Source of the DNA: a virus
Strand: one strand, 5' to 3'
Virus record (IMG/VR): IMGVR_UViG_3300033067_000817
Length of the DNA stretch: 64,000 nt
Shown here: positions 10,464-18,052 of the stretch, piece after piece
Position numbering within the stretch: the first letter of the stretch is position 1
Layout of the letters: every line of letters begins with the position of its first letter
The notes under the pieces: model-generated
Databases searched by the model: none
What the model saw: only the letters and a program-made list of their open reading frames with translations
What the model was told of the DNA's origin: nothing
Program-made: the position numbers and the translations under genes

Positions 10464-10477
10464 ATATCTGACTTTCT

Positions 10478-10563
10478 AGGTCCCGTTCCGAACACCAGCC
10501 TTCTAAGCTGGACCATAAAACGTTCGGTGGAGGTCAGAGGTTCGATTCCTCCGGGACCTACCA
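10478..10563 (+). ncRNA. atypical tRNA-like RNA (anticodon-arm candidate UCU, no recognisable D-arm)
   Basis: 7-bp acceptor pairing AGGTCCC/GGGACCT, discriminator A and encoded CCA. Anticodon stem-loop CCAGC-cttctaa-GCTGG. T-loop TTCGATT. D region aberrant. Confidence 0.35.
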
Positions 10564-10596
10564 GATATATTTCCGACTTGAACAATCAACTTACAA

Positions 10597-10638
10597 ACAC
10601 CTGGTAGGTCACAGGTTCGAATCCTGTCAGGTGTACCA
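10597..10638 (+). ncRNA. tRNA minihelix-like element (acceptor stem + T-arm only)
   Basis: ACACCTG..ACAGG-ttcgaat-CCTGT-CAGGTGT-A-CCA. Perfect 7-bp acceptor and T-arm, no D or anticodon arms. Confidence 0.35.
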
Positions 10639-10898
10639 ACCAATCATCACTAGGAAAAATCATGAAGCAAATGAAATTTAAAGGTGATGATGAGAACTTC
10701 TTTTACAGTGCTGATATCGCTCAGATGCGTGAAGATCTAAATGCCTATGGCATGGATGCATCTGACAATGATATCAGGCTGGCTTGGGAGAAGTTCTCTA
10801 GCACAATGGCGGCTGGTTGGATGCACTATTCAAAGGATGAGTTAGGCACACTAATCTCATATCTAACCCCCACCGACGAAGAAGAGTCATAGAAATCA

Positions 10899-11243
10899 AT
10901 GGAAAAGTTCATTCTTGGAGCTAATCGTGCACCCACACTGCTGCAAATGCGCGTGCTTGGTATGTGCGCTGTTGGCACATGGGGCGTGGAACTCGAATAC
11001 ATGTACCTTGCTCTCTATGGAGAGAAGGCTGCATACGGTACGATCTTCGGTGCAATCAACACGATGCGTAATCGTGGATGGCTCAAGCGTCACGAAGGTC
11101 GAGACAACAAAACGTGGCGTAGATACAGCATCACGCCGTCTGGGGCTCAAGCCTACGTGAGAGGCCAAAAGCTCTACAAGAGCGCAATCGAGGGTGAGAA
11201 GATTCGCAACAGAACCAAGACTCTACACATGGGAACTGTGTAG
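10899..11243 (+). CDS. PadR-like winged-helix regulator (tentative)
   Basis: GAINTMRNRGWLKRHEGRDNKTWRRYSITPSGAQAY resembles the PadR recognition helix/wing. Confidence 0.35.
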   Translation: MEKFILGANRAPTLLQMRVLGMCAVGTWGVELEYMYLALYGEKAAYGTIFGAINTMRNRGWLKRHEGRDNKTWRRYSITPSGAQAYVRGQKLYKSAIEGEKIRNRTKTLHMGTV

Positions 11244-11251
11244 AGTTTTTT
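11221..11251 (+). terminator. intrinsic terminator
   Basis: CTCTACACA-tgggaac-TGTGTAGAG followed by TTTTTT. Confidence 0.6.
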
Positions 11252-11265
11252 ACTCACCACGTAGA
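11247..11265 (+). repeat. 19-nt intergenic motif TTTTTACTCACCACGTAGA, copy 1
   Basis: Identical copy at 22804-22822. Both lie just after a terminator hairpin. Confidence 0.6.
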
Positions 11266-11272
11266 CGAACAC

Positions 11273-11415
11273 GGGCCTATAGCTCAATCAGTCAACAAAA
11301 CTCATTCGTTGACACTTCATTAGGCGAGTATCTCTATATGAAGTGAAGCAGAGCAAGTCTATAGAAACATGAGGTTTATAGACCGATGGAGGTGCAAGTC
11401 CTTCTAGGCTCACCA
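11273..11415 (+). ncRNA. long tRNA-like stable-RNA candidate E1 (143 nt)
   Basis: Ends pair as a 7-bp acceptor stem (GGGCCTA/TAGGCTC). T-arm-like GGAGG-tgcaagt-CCTTC adjacent to the 3' acceptor strand, discriminator A and encoded CCA. Three internal hairpins (GTCAAC/GTTGAC, CACTTCATA/TATGAAGTG, GTCTATA/TATAGAC). Confidence 0.4.
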
Positions 11416-11421
11416 AAATAC

Positions 11422-11563
11422 GGGCTTGTCGTATAAGTTAGATGGCCTTGACCTTAACATGACCATCATCCATGCTTGAACCCTAGGGCAACACAGCATG
11501 TAGCAATACGCCTCATTGTAAGGATGACAGGAAATCTAGGTGCGAACCCTAGCAAGCCCACCA
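11422..11563 (+). ncRNA. long tRNA-like stable-RNA candidate E2 (142 nt)
   Basis: GGGCTTG/CAAGCCC acceptor closure, CTAGG-tgcgaac-CCTAG T-arm-like hairpin, A-CCA end. Same size and layout as E1. Confidence 0.4.
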
Positions 11564-11566
11564 AAT

Positions 11567-11863
11567 ATGACACTTGTCACAACAAAAAGAGAACAGGACC
11601 TACGGCAATTCGAAGATATTGGTACAGGAACTATGTTTGAGTTCTGTGTATCACAAGACGCAAATGGCAGAGAAAACATCGTAGGATATGGTTTTCCTTC
11701 AAGAGACCATTTCAGCGTCTATAAACGCCTTGGTATTAAACATTCAGCTAACAAGTGTGAAGGTCCCAATGCATCAGACCTAAGCGCAAACCGCCTGGTG
11801 AAGATACCTTGTAGAATCACTGTATTGATCGTCAAGGAAGTCGAAATCACGTACAAAGTATGA
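11567..11863 (+). CDS. hypothetical protein
   Basis: ORF track start 11540 would overlap the RNA element, so the internal ATG at 11567 is preferred. Confidence 0.3.
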   Translation: MTLVTTKREQDLRQFEDIGTGTMFEFCVSQDANGRENIVGYGFPSRDHFSVYKRLGIKHSANKCEGPNASDLSANRLVKIPCRITVLIVKEVEITYKV

Positions 11864-12453
11864 ATACAATAGAAGTCACCACATCGGCGTTTATCTTAGG
11901 AACCATTGGTTTCTGGATAACTACAGGAATATTAACCATATGTATAGGCTTGTTGATTGAGAACAGTCACAAGACCTACTATGGTCTATGTTTCTTTGCA
12001 TTAGTAATATATGGATTTGCGCTGAATTACGGCGGCATTCCATTGTTACCAATAGTAAAAGCCCTGAGTTGGAGTGACTATATCAGAATTATACTATGGT
12101 ATATACTAATTGGTGTAATATGGCTGACGCTTAAGTGGTATGTGTATACCTATAAGTGGCGCCTGAAATACATCAAATATAAAGAAGAATACGCAAAGAA
12201 AGGCAAAGACTTCAAAGAATCTTGGGACCAATACAGAGAGCGTAGATACGATTTACGTACTGTACCAATGTTCAAAGACCACAGAGAAAAGTCAATAGAC
12301 TGGTGCATGTTGTGGCCATTCTCTGTTGTTGGTACTATCTTGTCTGATTGGCTTGAAGGATTTTTCAAGTGGATTGGAGATTTCCTAACTGGAGTCTTCA
12401 ATCAAATCAGCAAACACAACGCACGTGGCCTTGATGAATTCAAGGACGAATAA
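11860..12453 (+). CDS. putative membrane protein
   Basis: 197 aa with four hydrophobic segments. Start overlaps the upstream stop (ATGA). Confidence 0.4.
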   Translation: MNTIEVTTSAFILGTIGFWITTGILTICIGLLIENSHKTYYGLCFFALVIYGFALNYGGIPLLPIVKALSWSDYIRIILWYILIGVIWLTLKWYVYTYKWRLKYIKYKEEYAKKGKDFKESWDQYRERRYDLRTVPMFKDHREKSIDWCMLWPFSVVGTILSDWLEGFFKWIGDFLTGVFNQISKHNARGLDEFKDE

Positions 12454-12459
12454 GAATAA

Positions 12460-12536
12460 GAGAGGGTAGCTCAGTTGGTTAGAGCAACGGATTTTTAATC
12501 CGTAGGTCGAGGGTTCAACTCCCTCCCTTCTCACCA
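12460..12536 (+). tRNA. tRNA-Lys (anticodon UUU)
   Basis: Manual cloverleaf: GAGAGGG acceptor, GCTC-agttggtta-GAGC D-arm, ACGGA-tttttaa-TCCGT anticodon arm, GAGGG-ttcaact-CCCTC T-arm, A-CCA end. Confidence 0.85.
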
Positions 12537-12809
12537 GTATGGGAGCGGCATTCAGTAGGCCTACCCCATGTAGAGTTGAGTCGGATGCGTATGGCGTCAA
12601 CTTGAAAAAATTAACATGGCAGTAATCCTAAGGCATCAGGAACCTGCAAGAAAATAAGATGACATCCCAAACTGAGGATACGATTCATTTTTCGGGTGGA
12701 GACGATGCATAGTAATATGCATCCTTAGGGCAAGACAAAACCACTATAAGACTAGCCTAGTCCTCCATGATCTTGGATAAGAGGCTAACGTCCACCGTTT
12801 TTAGCACAC

Positions 12810-12914
12810 GCCGGGTTGCATGGTGCGACCAAGTATGAGTGCAGAGGTTCGAGTCCTCTACTGCAGGTCAGGTGACACTCCAAAGGCCGGTGGTTCAAGT
12901 CCACAAGCCCGGCA
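12810..12914 (+). ncRNA. tRNA-like element E3 (105 nt)
   Basis: GCCGGGT/GCCCGGC acceptor closure, two T-loop-like hairpins (AGAGG-ttcgagt-CCTCT and GGTGG-ttcaagt-CCACA), no CCA. Confidence 0.3.
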
Positions 12915-13006
12915 CCTACAATAGAAGTCAACACAATTCAACAACGAGGTGTGGCATGAGCACAGTGCATTACCCCAGTGACCTGGGCGAGTTGACTTCT
13001 ATTTAT

Positions 13007-13158
13007 GCTCAGGAAGCATTGCTGGTGATGTATCAGAATGGTAACACGTTCACATGGAGTCCGGGCTCGGCCAACGTTATAACTTTGTAGTGTGTACAGC
13101 TGCAAAGTCGAACTTATATCCATTCGAAAAGGCAGTTCAAATCTGTCCCTGAGCTCCA
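13007..13158 (+). ncRNA. tRNA-like element E4 (152 nt)
   Basis: GCTCAGG/CCTGAGC perfect 7-bp closure, GGCAG-ttcaaat-CTGTC T-arm, T-CCA end, D-arm-like GCAT-tgctggtg-ATGT near the 5' end. Confidence 0.35.
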
Positions 13159-13294
13159 ATACACGTCCTTAGTCAGTATAATGTCAATACTTCTTTGAAA
13201 CTTGTGCTTTAGCAACTATGTTAACTAAGCTGAAGCCTAGTTGTAGATGAACTATCGCTAGCTATATCTAAAACGAAAAGTTATCAAAGAGATT

Positions 13295-13564
13295 GTGGTA
13301 AAAATCCACACTAGGGGCACCAATCCAATGACAAGCAAGAAAAGACTAAGTCCCACTAAGCGTCATAACCTTGCACTCACAGAAGATACTCAGCAAAAGA
13401 TTAGAGATATCATACTGACAATGGGTGCAGCAAACACGGAGGAAGCAGTCCGAAGAGCAATCAATCTATATCACATGATGATTAGGATTGATGAAAAGGA
13501 TGAGATCTTCGTACGGAAAGGCCTAAATGGTCATCCACTACGATTGAGATTTGTAATTACGTAG
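13295..13564 (+). CDS. small ribbon-helix-helix-like protein (tentative)
   Basis: 89 aa. The HNLALTEDTQQKIRDIILTMGAANTEEAVRRAINLY pattern is typical of CopG/Arc RHH. Confidence 0.3.
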   Translation: MVKIHTRGTNPMTSKKRLSPTKRHNLALTEDTQQKIRDIILTMGAANTEEAVRRAINLYHMMIRIDEKDEIFVRKGLNGHPLRLRFVIT

Positions 13565-13654
13565 AAGCTGCGATGACTGGTGGTATCGCGTAGGACTGTA
13601 AATCCTATCCCTTTGTGGTGAACATTGTGAGTTCGAATCTCACCTTCTACACCA
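13561..13654 (+). tRNA. tRNA-Tyr (anticodon GUA), class II with long variable arm
   Basis: GTAGAAG/CTTCTAC acceptor, TAGGA-ctgtaaa-TCCTA anticodon arm, about 19-nt variable arm, GTGAG-ttcgaat-CTCAC T-arm, A-CCA. Confidence 0.75.
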
Positions 13655-13670
13655 AAACAATGGTGTATAT

Positions 13671-14096
13671 ATGACAAACATGCTTATCAAAGCGATTGAA
13701 ATCGCTCTCTGCTTTCACGGACGACAGCTTGACAAAGCAGGCATGCCGTATATACTTCATCCATTGCACGTAATGGATAAAGTCAATGGTATCGAAGCAA
13801 AGATTGTTGCAGTGCTACATGACACAGTTGAAGACACAAACTTAACACTTGAAGCACTTGCCAATGCTGGTTTCGATGACACTATTGTTAACGCCATTGA
13901 TGCTATTTCCAAGCGCAAAGGTGAAACAAACGAGGACTACTGGACTCGTGTAAAGTCCAATAAACTTGCATTGCAAGTAAAACTAGTAGACATAGCTCAC
14001 AATTCATCAGAAGAACGGCTTGCAGCTCTTTCTGATGAGCAAGCTACTTATCTGCGTGATAAGTATGCAAAAGCAAAAGCATTTCTACTAGCATAG
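13671..14096 (+). CDS. RelA/SpoT-type HD-domain (p)ppGpp hydrolase (small alarmone hydrolase)
   Basis: FHGRQLDKAGMPYILHPLHV, AVLHDTVEDT and VKLVDIAHNS match the SpoT hydrolase H..HD..D core (HxGQxR..PYIxHPLxVA, LHDvvEDT, KLADRLHNMRT). Confidence 0.7.
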   Translation: MTNMLIKAIEIALCFHGRQLDKAGMPYILHPLHVMDKVNGIEAKIVAVLHDTVEDTNLTLEALANAGFDDTIVNAIDAISKRKGETNEDYWTRVKSNKLALQVKLVDIAHNSSEERLAALSDEQATYLRDKYAKAKAFLLA

Positions 14097-14100
14097 TACA

Positions 14101-14150
14101 CGGCGGTGTGGCGTAATGGTAGCCGCACGAGGCTACTTCCTACGATGATG
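14101..14150 (+). ncRNA. tRNA 5'-half-like fragment (possible disrupted tRNA)
   Basis: Acceptor-like start plus GCG-taatggtagc-CGC D-arm. No anticodon arm or T-arm can be completed. Abuts and overlaps the end of the HNH gene. Confidence 0.25.
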
Positions 14151-14624
14151 AGTGGGTGTTTGTGTATGACAATTAGGACACAAGAATCGTAGATTTGTAG
14201 CTTCATTATTCAGAAAATCACCATCAATATGGTCTATTTCTAATACAATAGGCTTACCATTCCATAAGTCATGTAGTCCACACCAATCACAAACATGACT
14301 TCTTCCTATAGAAAGAAGTGCACGGCGTAGTAATTTTGTTTTTTGCTTATGCTGATGAACTTCTCGCCTTACTAGAATTTCTTCTGGCTTAAGTTGAGGA
14401 CAAAAAACATTTTTATTCCAAGCACTGCCTTTAAAGTGTGATGTATCAATCTTAAATGATTGAATACATCGTTTAATATAAGTTTGCGTACCACCTGCTT
14501 GTTTAAGCCCTAAAGTACGCAAAACATTAGCATAGCTAGTTGAAGCTTTAACAGCTTGCTCCAGAACAAGACGGGTATATTTTATGGAAGACATAGTAAC
14601 CTCCATAGCTTTTCCGTCTACCAT
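14133..14624 (-). CDS. HNH homing endonuclease
   Basis: CDWCGLHDLWNGKPIVLEIDHIDGDFLNNEATNLRFLCPNCH is a classic HNH motif. Inserted between tRNA genes. Confidence 0.7.
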   Translation of the reverse strand: MVDGKAMEVTMSSIKYTRLVLEQAVKASTSYANVLRTLGLKQAGGTQTYIKRCIQSFKIDTSHFKGSAWNKNVFCPQLKPEEILVRREVHQHKQKTKLLRRALLSIGRSHVCDWCGLHDLWNGKPIVLEIDHIDGDFLNNEATNLRFLCPNCHTQTPTHHRRK

Positions 14625-14625
14625 G

Positions 14626-14701
14626 CCTAGGTAGCCAAATTGGTATAGGCAACACGCTTAGGACGTGTAATTTATGGGTTCGAATCCCATTCTAGGCACC
14701 A
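14626..14701 (+). tRNA. tRNA with anticodon UAG (Leu-type anticodon) but class I short variable arm
   Basis: GCCTAGG/TCTAGGC acceptor, GCC-aaattggtata-GGC D-arm, ACACG-cttagga-CGTGT anticodon arm, 5-nt variable loop, ATGGG-ttcgaat-CCCAT T-arm, A-CCA. Confidence 0.55.
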
Positions 14702-14709
14702 CCAACAAT

Positions 14710-15051
14710 ATGAAAGAAGTCAAAGACATGTACTGGCGTAACGTTGGCATTCTTGTGCTTGTGCTTGCTTCGATCATAGGTCTATCAGCATTTGCTGTTT
14801 TGAGATCTGGATCCACCAAGCATGAGATCAATACAGTAGCGGCCATGGTTACTAAGAACTACACTAGAATCAGCGCCGACACTGTGTCGTACATCGTGGA
14901 CACAGATCACGGTACGTTCCAGACATACGATCATACGTATGTTCAGGATTTGCAACCAGGACATAGGTATGTATTCTCATTGGAAGGAGAATATCATACG
15001 ACTATGTTCTCGCAATACTTCCCAATCATAGTGAGAGTAGTCCCACAATGA
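14710..15051 (+). CDS. secreted/membrane-anchored protein, paralog A
   Basis: Start moved to the ATG after the tRNA. N-terminal hydrophobic segment. C-terminal HRYVFSLEGEYHTTMFSQYFPIIVRVVPQ is paralogous to the next gene. Confidence 0.4.
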   Translation: MKEVKDMYWRNVGILVLVLASIIGLSAFAVLRSGSTKHEINTVAAMVTKNYTRISADTVSYIVDTDHGTFQTYDHTYVQDLQPGHRYVFSLEGEYHTTMFSQYFPIIVRVVPQ

Positions 15052-15410
15052 AAAAGGGATTCACACTAGTAGAGCTAATAGTAGTTATATGCTTGCTAGT
15101 CATATTCCTACTATTCTGCATTCCATATTGCAGTGGAGGTGTAGGTGGCCTTGGTAAACATGATACGGTAACCTGTATCGTGAAATCAAAGCATATTGAT
15201 ACCAGAGGTGGCAAAAGCCATTATATGGTAACAACAACTCAAGGCACATTCGAAGTTGACAATGGCCCAGCACTAGGAGTTTGGAATGCCGATGAGATAT
15301 ACGGCAATATCCTAGTAGAGCATAAGTATCTCTTTGAGATAGCTGGTGCCAAGTTCGTCAATCCAATAGCTCAGTATTATCCATATATAATACGGGCTGA
15401 GGAACAGTAG
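15048..15410 (+). CDS. prepilin-type (type IV pilin-like) N-terminal domain protein, paralog B
   Basis: MKKGFTLVELIVVICLL is a class III signal / N-methylation motif (GFTLVE). C-terminal HKYLFEIAGAKFVNPIAQYYPYIIRAEEQ is paralogous to the previous gene. Confidence 0.45.
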   Translation: MKKGFTLVELIVVICLLVIFLLFCIPYCSGGVGGLGKHDTVTCIVKSKHIDTRGGKSHYMVTTTQGTFEVDNGPALGVWNADEIYGNILVEHKYLFEIAGAKFVNPIAQYYPYIIRAEEQ

Positions 15411-15424
15411 CACACGGTAGAGTG

Positions 15425-15500
15425 GGGGTATAGGCAAATTGGCAAAGCCAGTTGAATTAAGATCAATTGTTTGCGAGTTCGACTCTCGCTGCCCCTACCA
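15425..15500 (+). tRNA. tRNA with anticodon UAA (Leu-type anticodon), short variable arm
   Basis: GGGGGTA/TGCCCCT acceptor (two G-U), GGC-aaattggcaaa-GCC D-arm, GTTGA-attaaga-TCAAT anticodon arm, GCGAG-ttcgact-CTCGC T-arm, A-CCA. Confidence 0.5.
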
Positions 15501-15852
15501 CTTCCGAACAATACTTCCAAAGATTGGAAGTAAACAGAACTCCTTGTAGCAATACAAGTGAGGCCTGCCACAAGCAGGAACTTAAGACTGAGTGTCTTGT
15601 GAGAGATTGATGTTCTAGAGCGTGGTTGCAAAAGGGAGTTTGGCACTCAACACCCTGTCAATTGCAACGCACATATACATGTCATGTAGGAATACATGAA
15701 ACGAGCTTAAAGTTTACTCGTTAAATAACAAACTATAGGCTAGGGCTTGGAGCAATGAAATCATGCCTATGATGGAGCTCCCTGTCCAACATTCTAACGC
15801 CGCCTGCCACTATGGACTCCCTTAGCAGGGCTTGTAAGGTTGAGAGCCTATT

Positions 15853-15884
15853 AGCTCAGTAACGAAAGTTACTGGGCTTTTTTA
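15853..15884 (+). terminator. intrinsic terminator
   Basis: CTCAGTAAC-gaaa-GTTACTGGG followed by CTTTTTT. Confidence 0.55.
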
Positions 15885-16172
15885 ATTGCATAGTGTTGGT
15901 GTTGCCAAAAACATGGCGATGCCATTTACGGGCTAGTAGATAAAATGCCTCAACACCATTCTACTAACTCGTATTTAGTACAAATAAGTTCAAGTAGCTG
16001 AGACGCAACGGTGTATTGCTAGTACATCAACTAGGCTGTTTGGGACAAGTCTAGCTAAAGAAGTGCGTAGTGTCTTGCCGATTGGCGCTAAGACAATGGA
16101 ATCAGGATATTTGTCACTAGCAAGTTTGACAATATCTCTTGGGTTCAAATCCCAAGCTACTCGTTTAAACAG

Positions 16173-16308
16173 ATCAGCAAGTTGTAAAGTAGGACGGAAC
16201 GGATCTGTATCTCATTCTACAGATAAAACTACTTGCCGAAACTAGCAGTGTAAGCCATTCATCGGGTTGCAGAGAGCACTGTTGTGGGTTTGAGTCCCAC
16301 TGCTGATC
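16173..16308 (+). ncRNA. tRNA-like element E5 (136 nt)
   Basis: ATCAGCA/TGCTGAT perfect 7-bp closure, GTGGG-tttgagt-CCCAC T-arm adjacent to the 3' strand, internal hairpin ATCTGTA/TACAGAT. Confidence 0.35.
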
Positions 16309-17006
16309 TTCTCTAACAAAAAGCGTTTTTTCTTTTGTGTCTTTTGTCTCGATCAAGAGTAGAGAGTGTGTGAAAACTGTCCAATGGCACTTAATCAATG
16401 CCTATAGCTTTTCATCTTACAGGAATGAAAAGCCGAAATTAAACGGCATACCTACCTATCAAGGTGAATACAGGTCTGATTAACCAACAAGATAGGACTC
16501 TCTATTCTCCCTACAAAGTCGTGGCAGCGACTATAAATAGCCTTTTAGGCTGCCAGCGCTTCTCCATACAAGGAGAAGGTGAGGGGTCATGAAGCGTCCT
16601 CTGTTACTCTTGGTGGAGTAACAAGATCCTTTTCATAGAGAGTCGAGTCGGGGGATTCCCCGGCTTTGGCATCACCACTCTGTGAAGTAATCGCTGCGAT
16701 AACGCAGATAACAGTTGCATCTTGCTAGTTCCATGCAACTGTTGATTCACTGACTCAAAATAGGAACTAGCACGTACACAAAGCTCAGCGATTTATATTG
16801 CTGGGCTTTATTCATTGCCGAGGTTGTAGGCCAAGCGCTCCAACTGTTCTTGAATATCAGTCAGGAGAGAGGATGTCTAGGGTGAAATTGCATACCTTAG
16901 ATACTGTTCTATACCACGACCATGCAATGCAATGTGCATGCGAGTATAGATTTTCAACAGAGACCATTGGTACAGTCTTCCATCAACCGGCCTTTTTTAG
17001 TACATT

Positions 17007-17083
17007 GGGACTTTAGCTCAGTTGGTTAGAGCGTGCCACTCATAATGGCTTGGTCGTCGGTTCAAGTCCGACAGGTCCCACCA
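17007..17083 (+). tRNA. tRNA-Met or Ile2 (anticodon CAU)
   Basis: GGGACTT/AGGTCCC acceptor, GCTC-agttggttaga-GAGC D-arm, TGCCA-ctcataa-TGGCT anticodon arm, GTCGG-ttcaagt-CCGAC T-arm, A-CCA. Confidence 0.85.
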
Positions 17084-17136
17084 ATCAAAGCTTATAAGCT
17101 TTAAAGTACACATAGCATGGCAAAGGGTCGTGCTCT

Positions 17137-18045
17137 GTGTACTTTTTTTTTGAAAGGAACTCAATGGGAGCTGCTAGTTGGTCTAGTACAGACTGGGACA
17201 CGCACAGAAGTGCAACCTCAGGCAAGACGGTCAAAGAGAATTTCAAGAGTACTACTATCAAGGACTCTTTGAATCCTACCAAGTTCAAATTCAGAGAAGC
17301 AAGAGACTCTGATGTGAACCCTGAATCTACGCCTATCATTTTGGGCAGTGATGTCACTGGCTCAATGGGCGAGATGGCCAACAAGATCATCACTGAAGAT
17401 CTTGGCAAGGTCATGGAACGCTTGTACGCATACAAGCCTGTCACGAATCCAGCCATATGCTGTATGGCTATTGGTGACATCACTTGTGACCAAGCGCCTG
17501 TTCAGGCAACGCAATTCGAGTCTGATATTAGACTCGCAGAGCAAATGAGAGATTTCTACATCGAAGGCCATGGTGGTGGCAATGATGGAGAATCTTACCC
17601 CATAGCGTGGCTATTCGCTTTGGCTAAGGTCAAAGCAGACATCCACAAGAAGCGTGGCAAGAAGGGCTATCTCTTCACCATTGGTGATGAAGCTCCTCTC
17701 GAAACAATGAAGCGTGAACATATCAACCAGTTCCTAGATATAGGAGCTCAAGCTGATATGGATGCCAAAGTCCTGTACGATCAAGTGAGCAGAGATTGGA
17801 ATATCTTCCACTTGATGATCAAGCCTGTTCTTCATCAAAGACCTGAAGAACGCTGGAGAAAGATCATTGGCAATCATTTGATCATGCTCCAAGACTTGAG
17901 CTGTCTAGCTGAAGTCATCACTGCTGCAATCGAATACAACGAGGGCATAAGCACTGACATAGTTGTATCCAGATACAGCGGGGATTCCAGAAAGACTGTG
18001 ATCGACATCACTTCCCAAGTGTCAAAGCCTTTATTGCTTAACTGA
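17137..18045 (+). CDS. von Willebrand factor A (vWA) domain protein
   Basis: LGSDVTGSMGEM MIDAS-type DxTGSM motif at the expected position of a vWA fold. Confidence 0.5.
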   Translation: MYFFFERNSMGAASWSSTDWDTHRSATSGKTVKENFKSTTIKDSLNPTKFKFREARDSDVNPESTPIILGSDVTGSMGEMANKIITEDLGKVMERLYAYKPVTNPAICCMAIGDITCDQAPVQATQFESDIRLAEQMRDFYIEGHGGGNDGESYPIAWLFALAKVKADIHKKRGKKGYLFTIGDEAPLETMKREHINQFLDIGAQADMDAKVLYDQVSRDWNIFHLMIKPVLHQRPEERWRKIIGNHLIMLQDLSCLAEVITAAIEYNEGISTDIVVSRYSGDSRKTVIDITSQVSKPLLLN

Positions 18046-18052
18046 GAACAAG

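Noticed and set aside
12385-12600. Minus-strand ORF with the peptide GVEPSTYGLKIRCSNQLSY
   Set aside because: It is the antisense translation of tRNA-Lys at 12460-12536, a typical tRNA shadow ORF.
16420-16560. Possible group I intron core (S-like AAGATAGGACTC and R-like GCGACTATAAAT)
   Set aside because: The elements occur in the wrong order for P7 pairing, and no P4/P6 consensus or exon context was found. The resemblance is considered chance.
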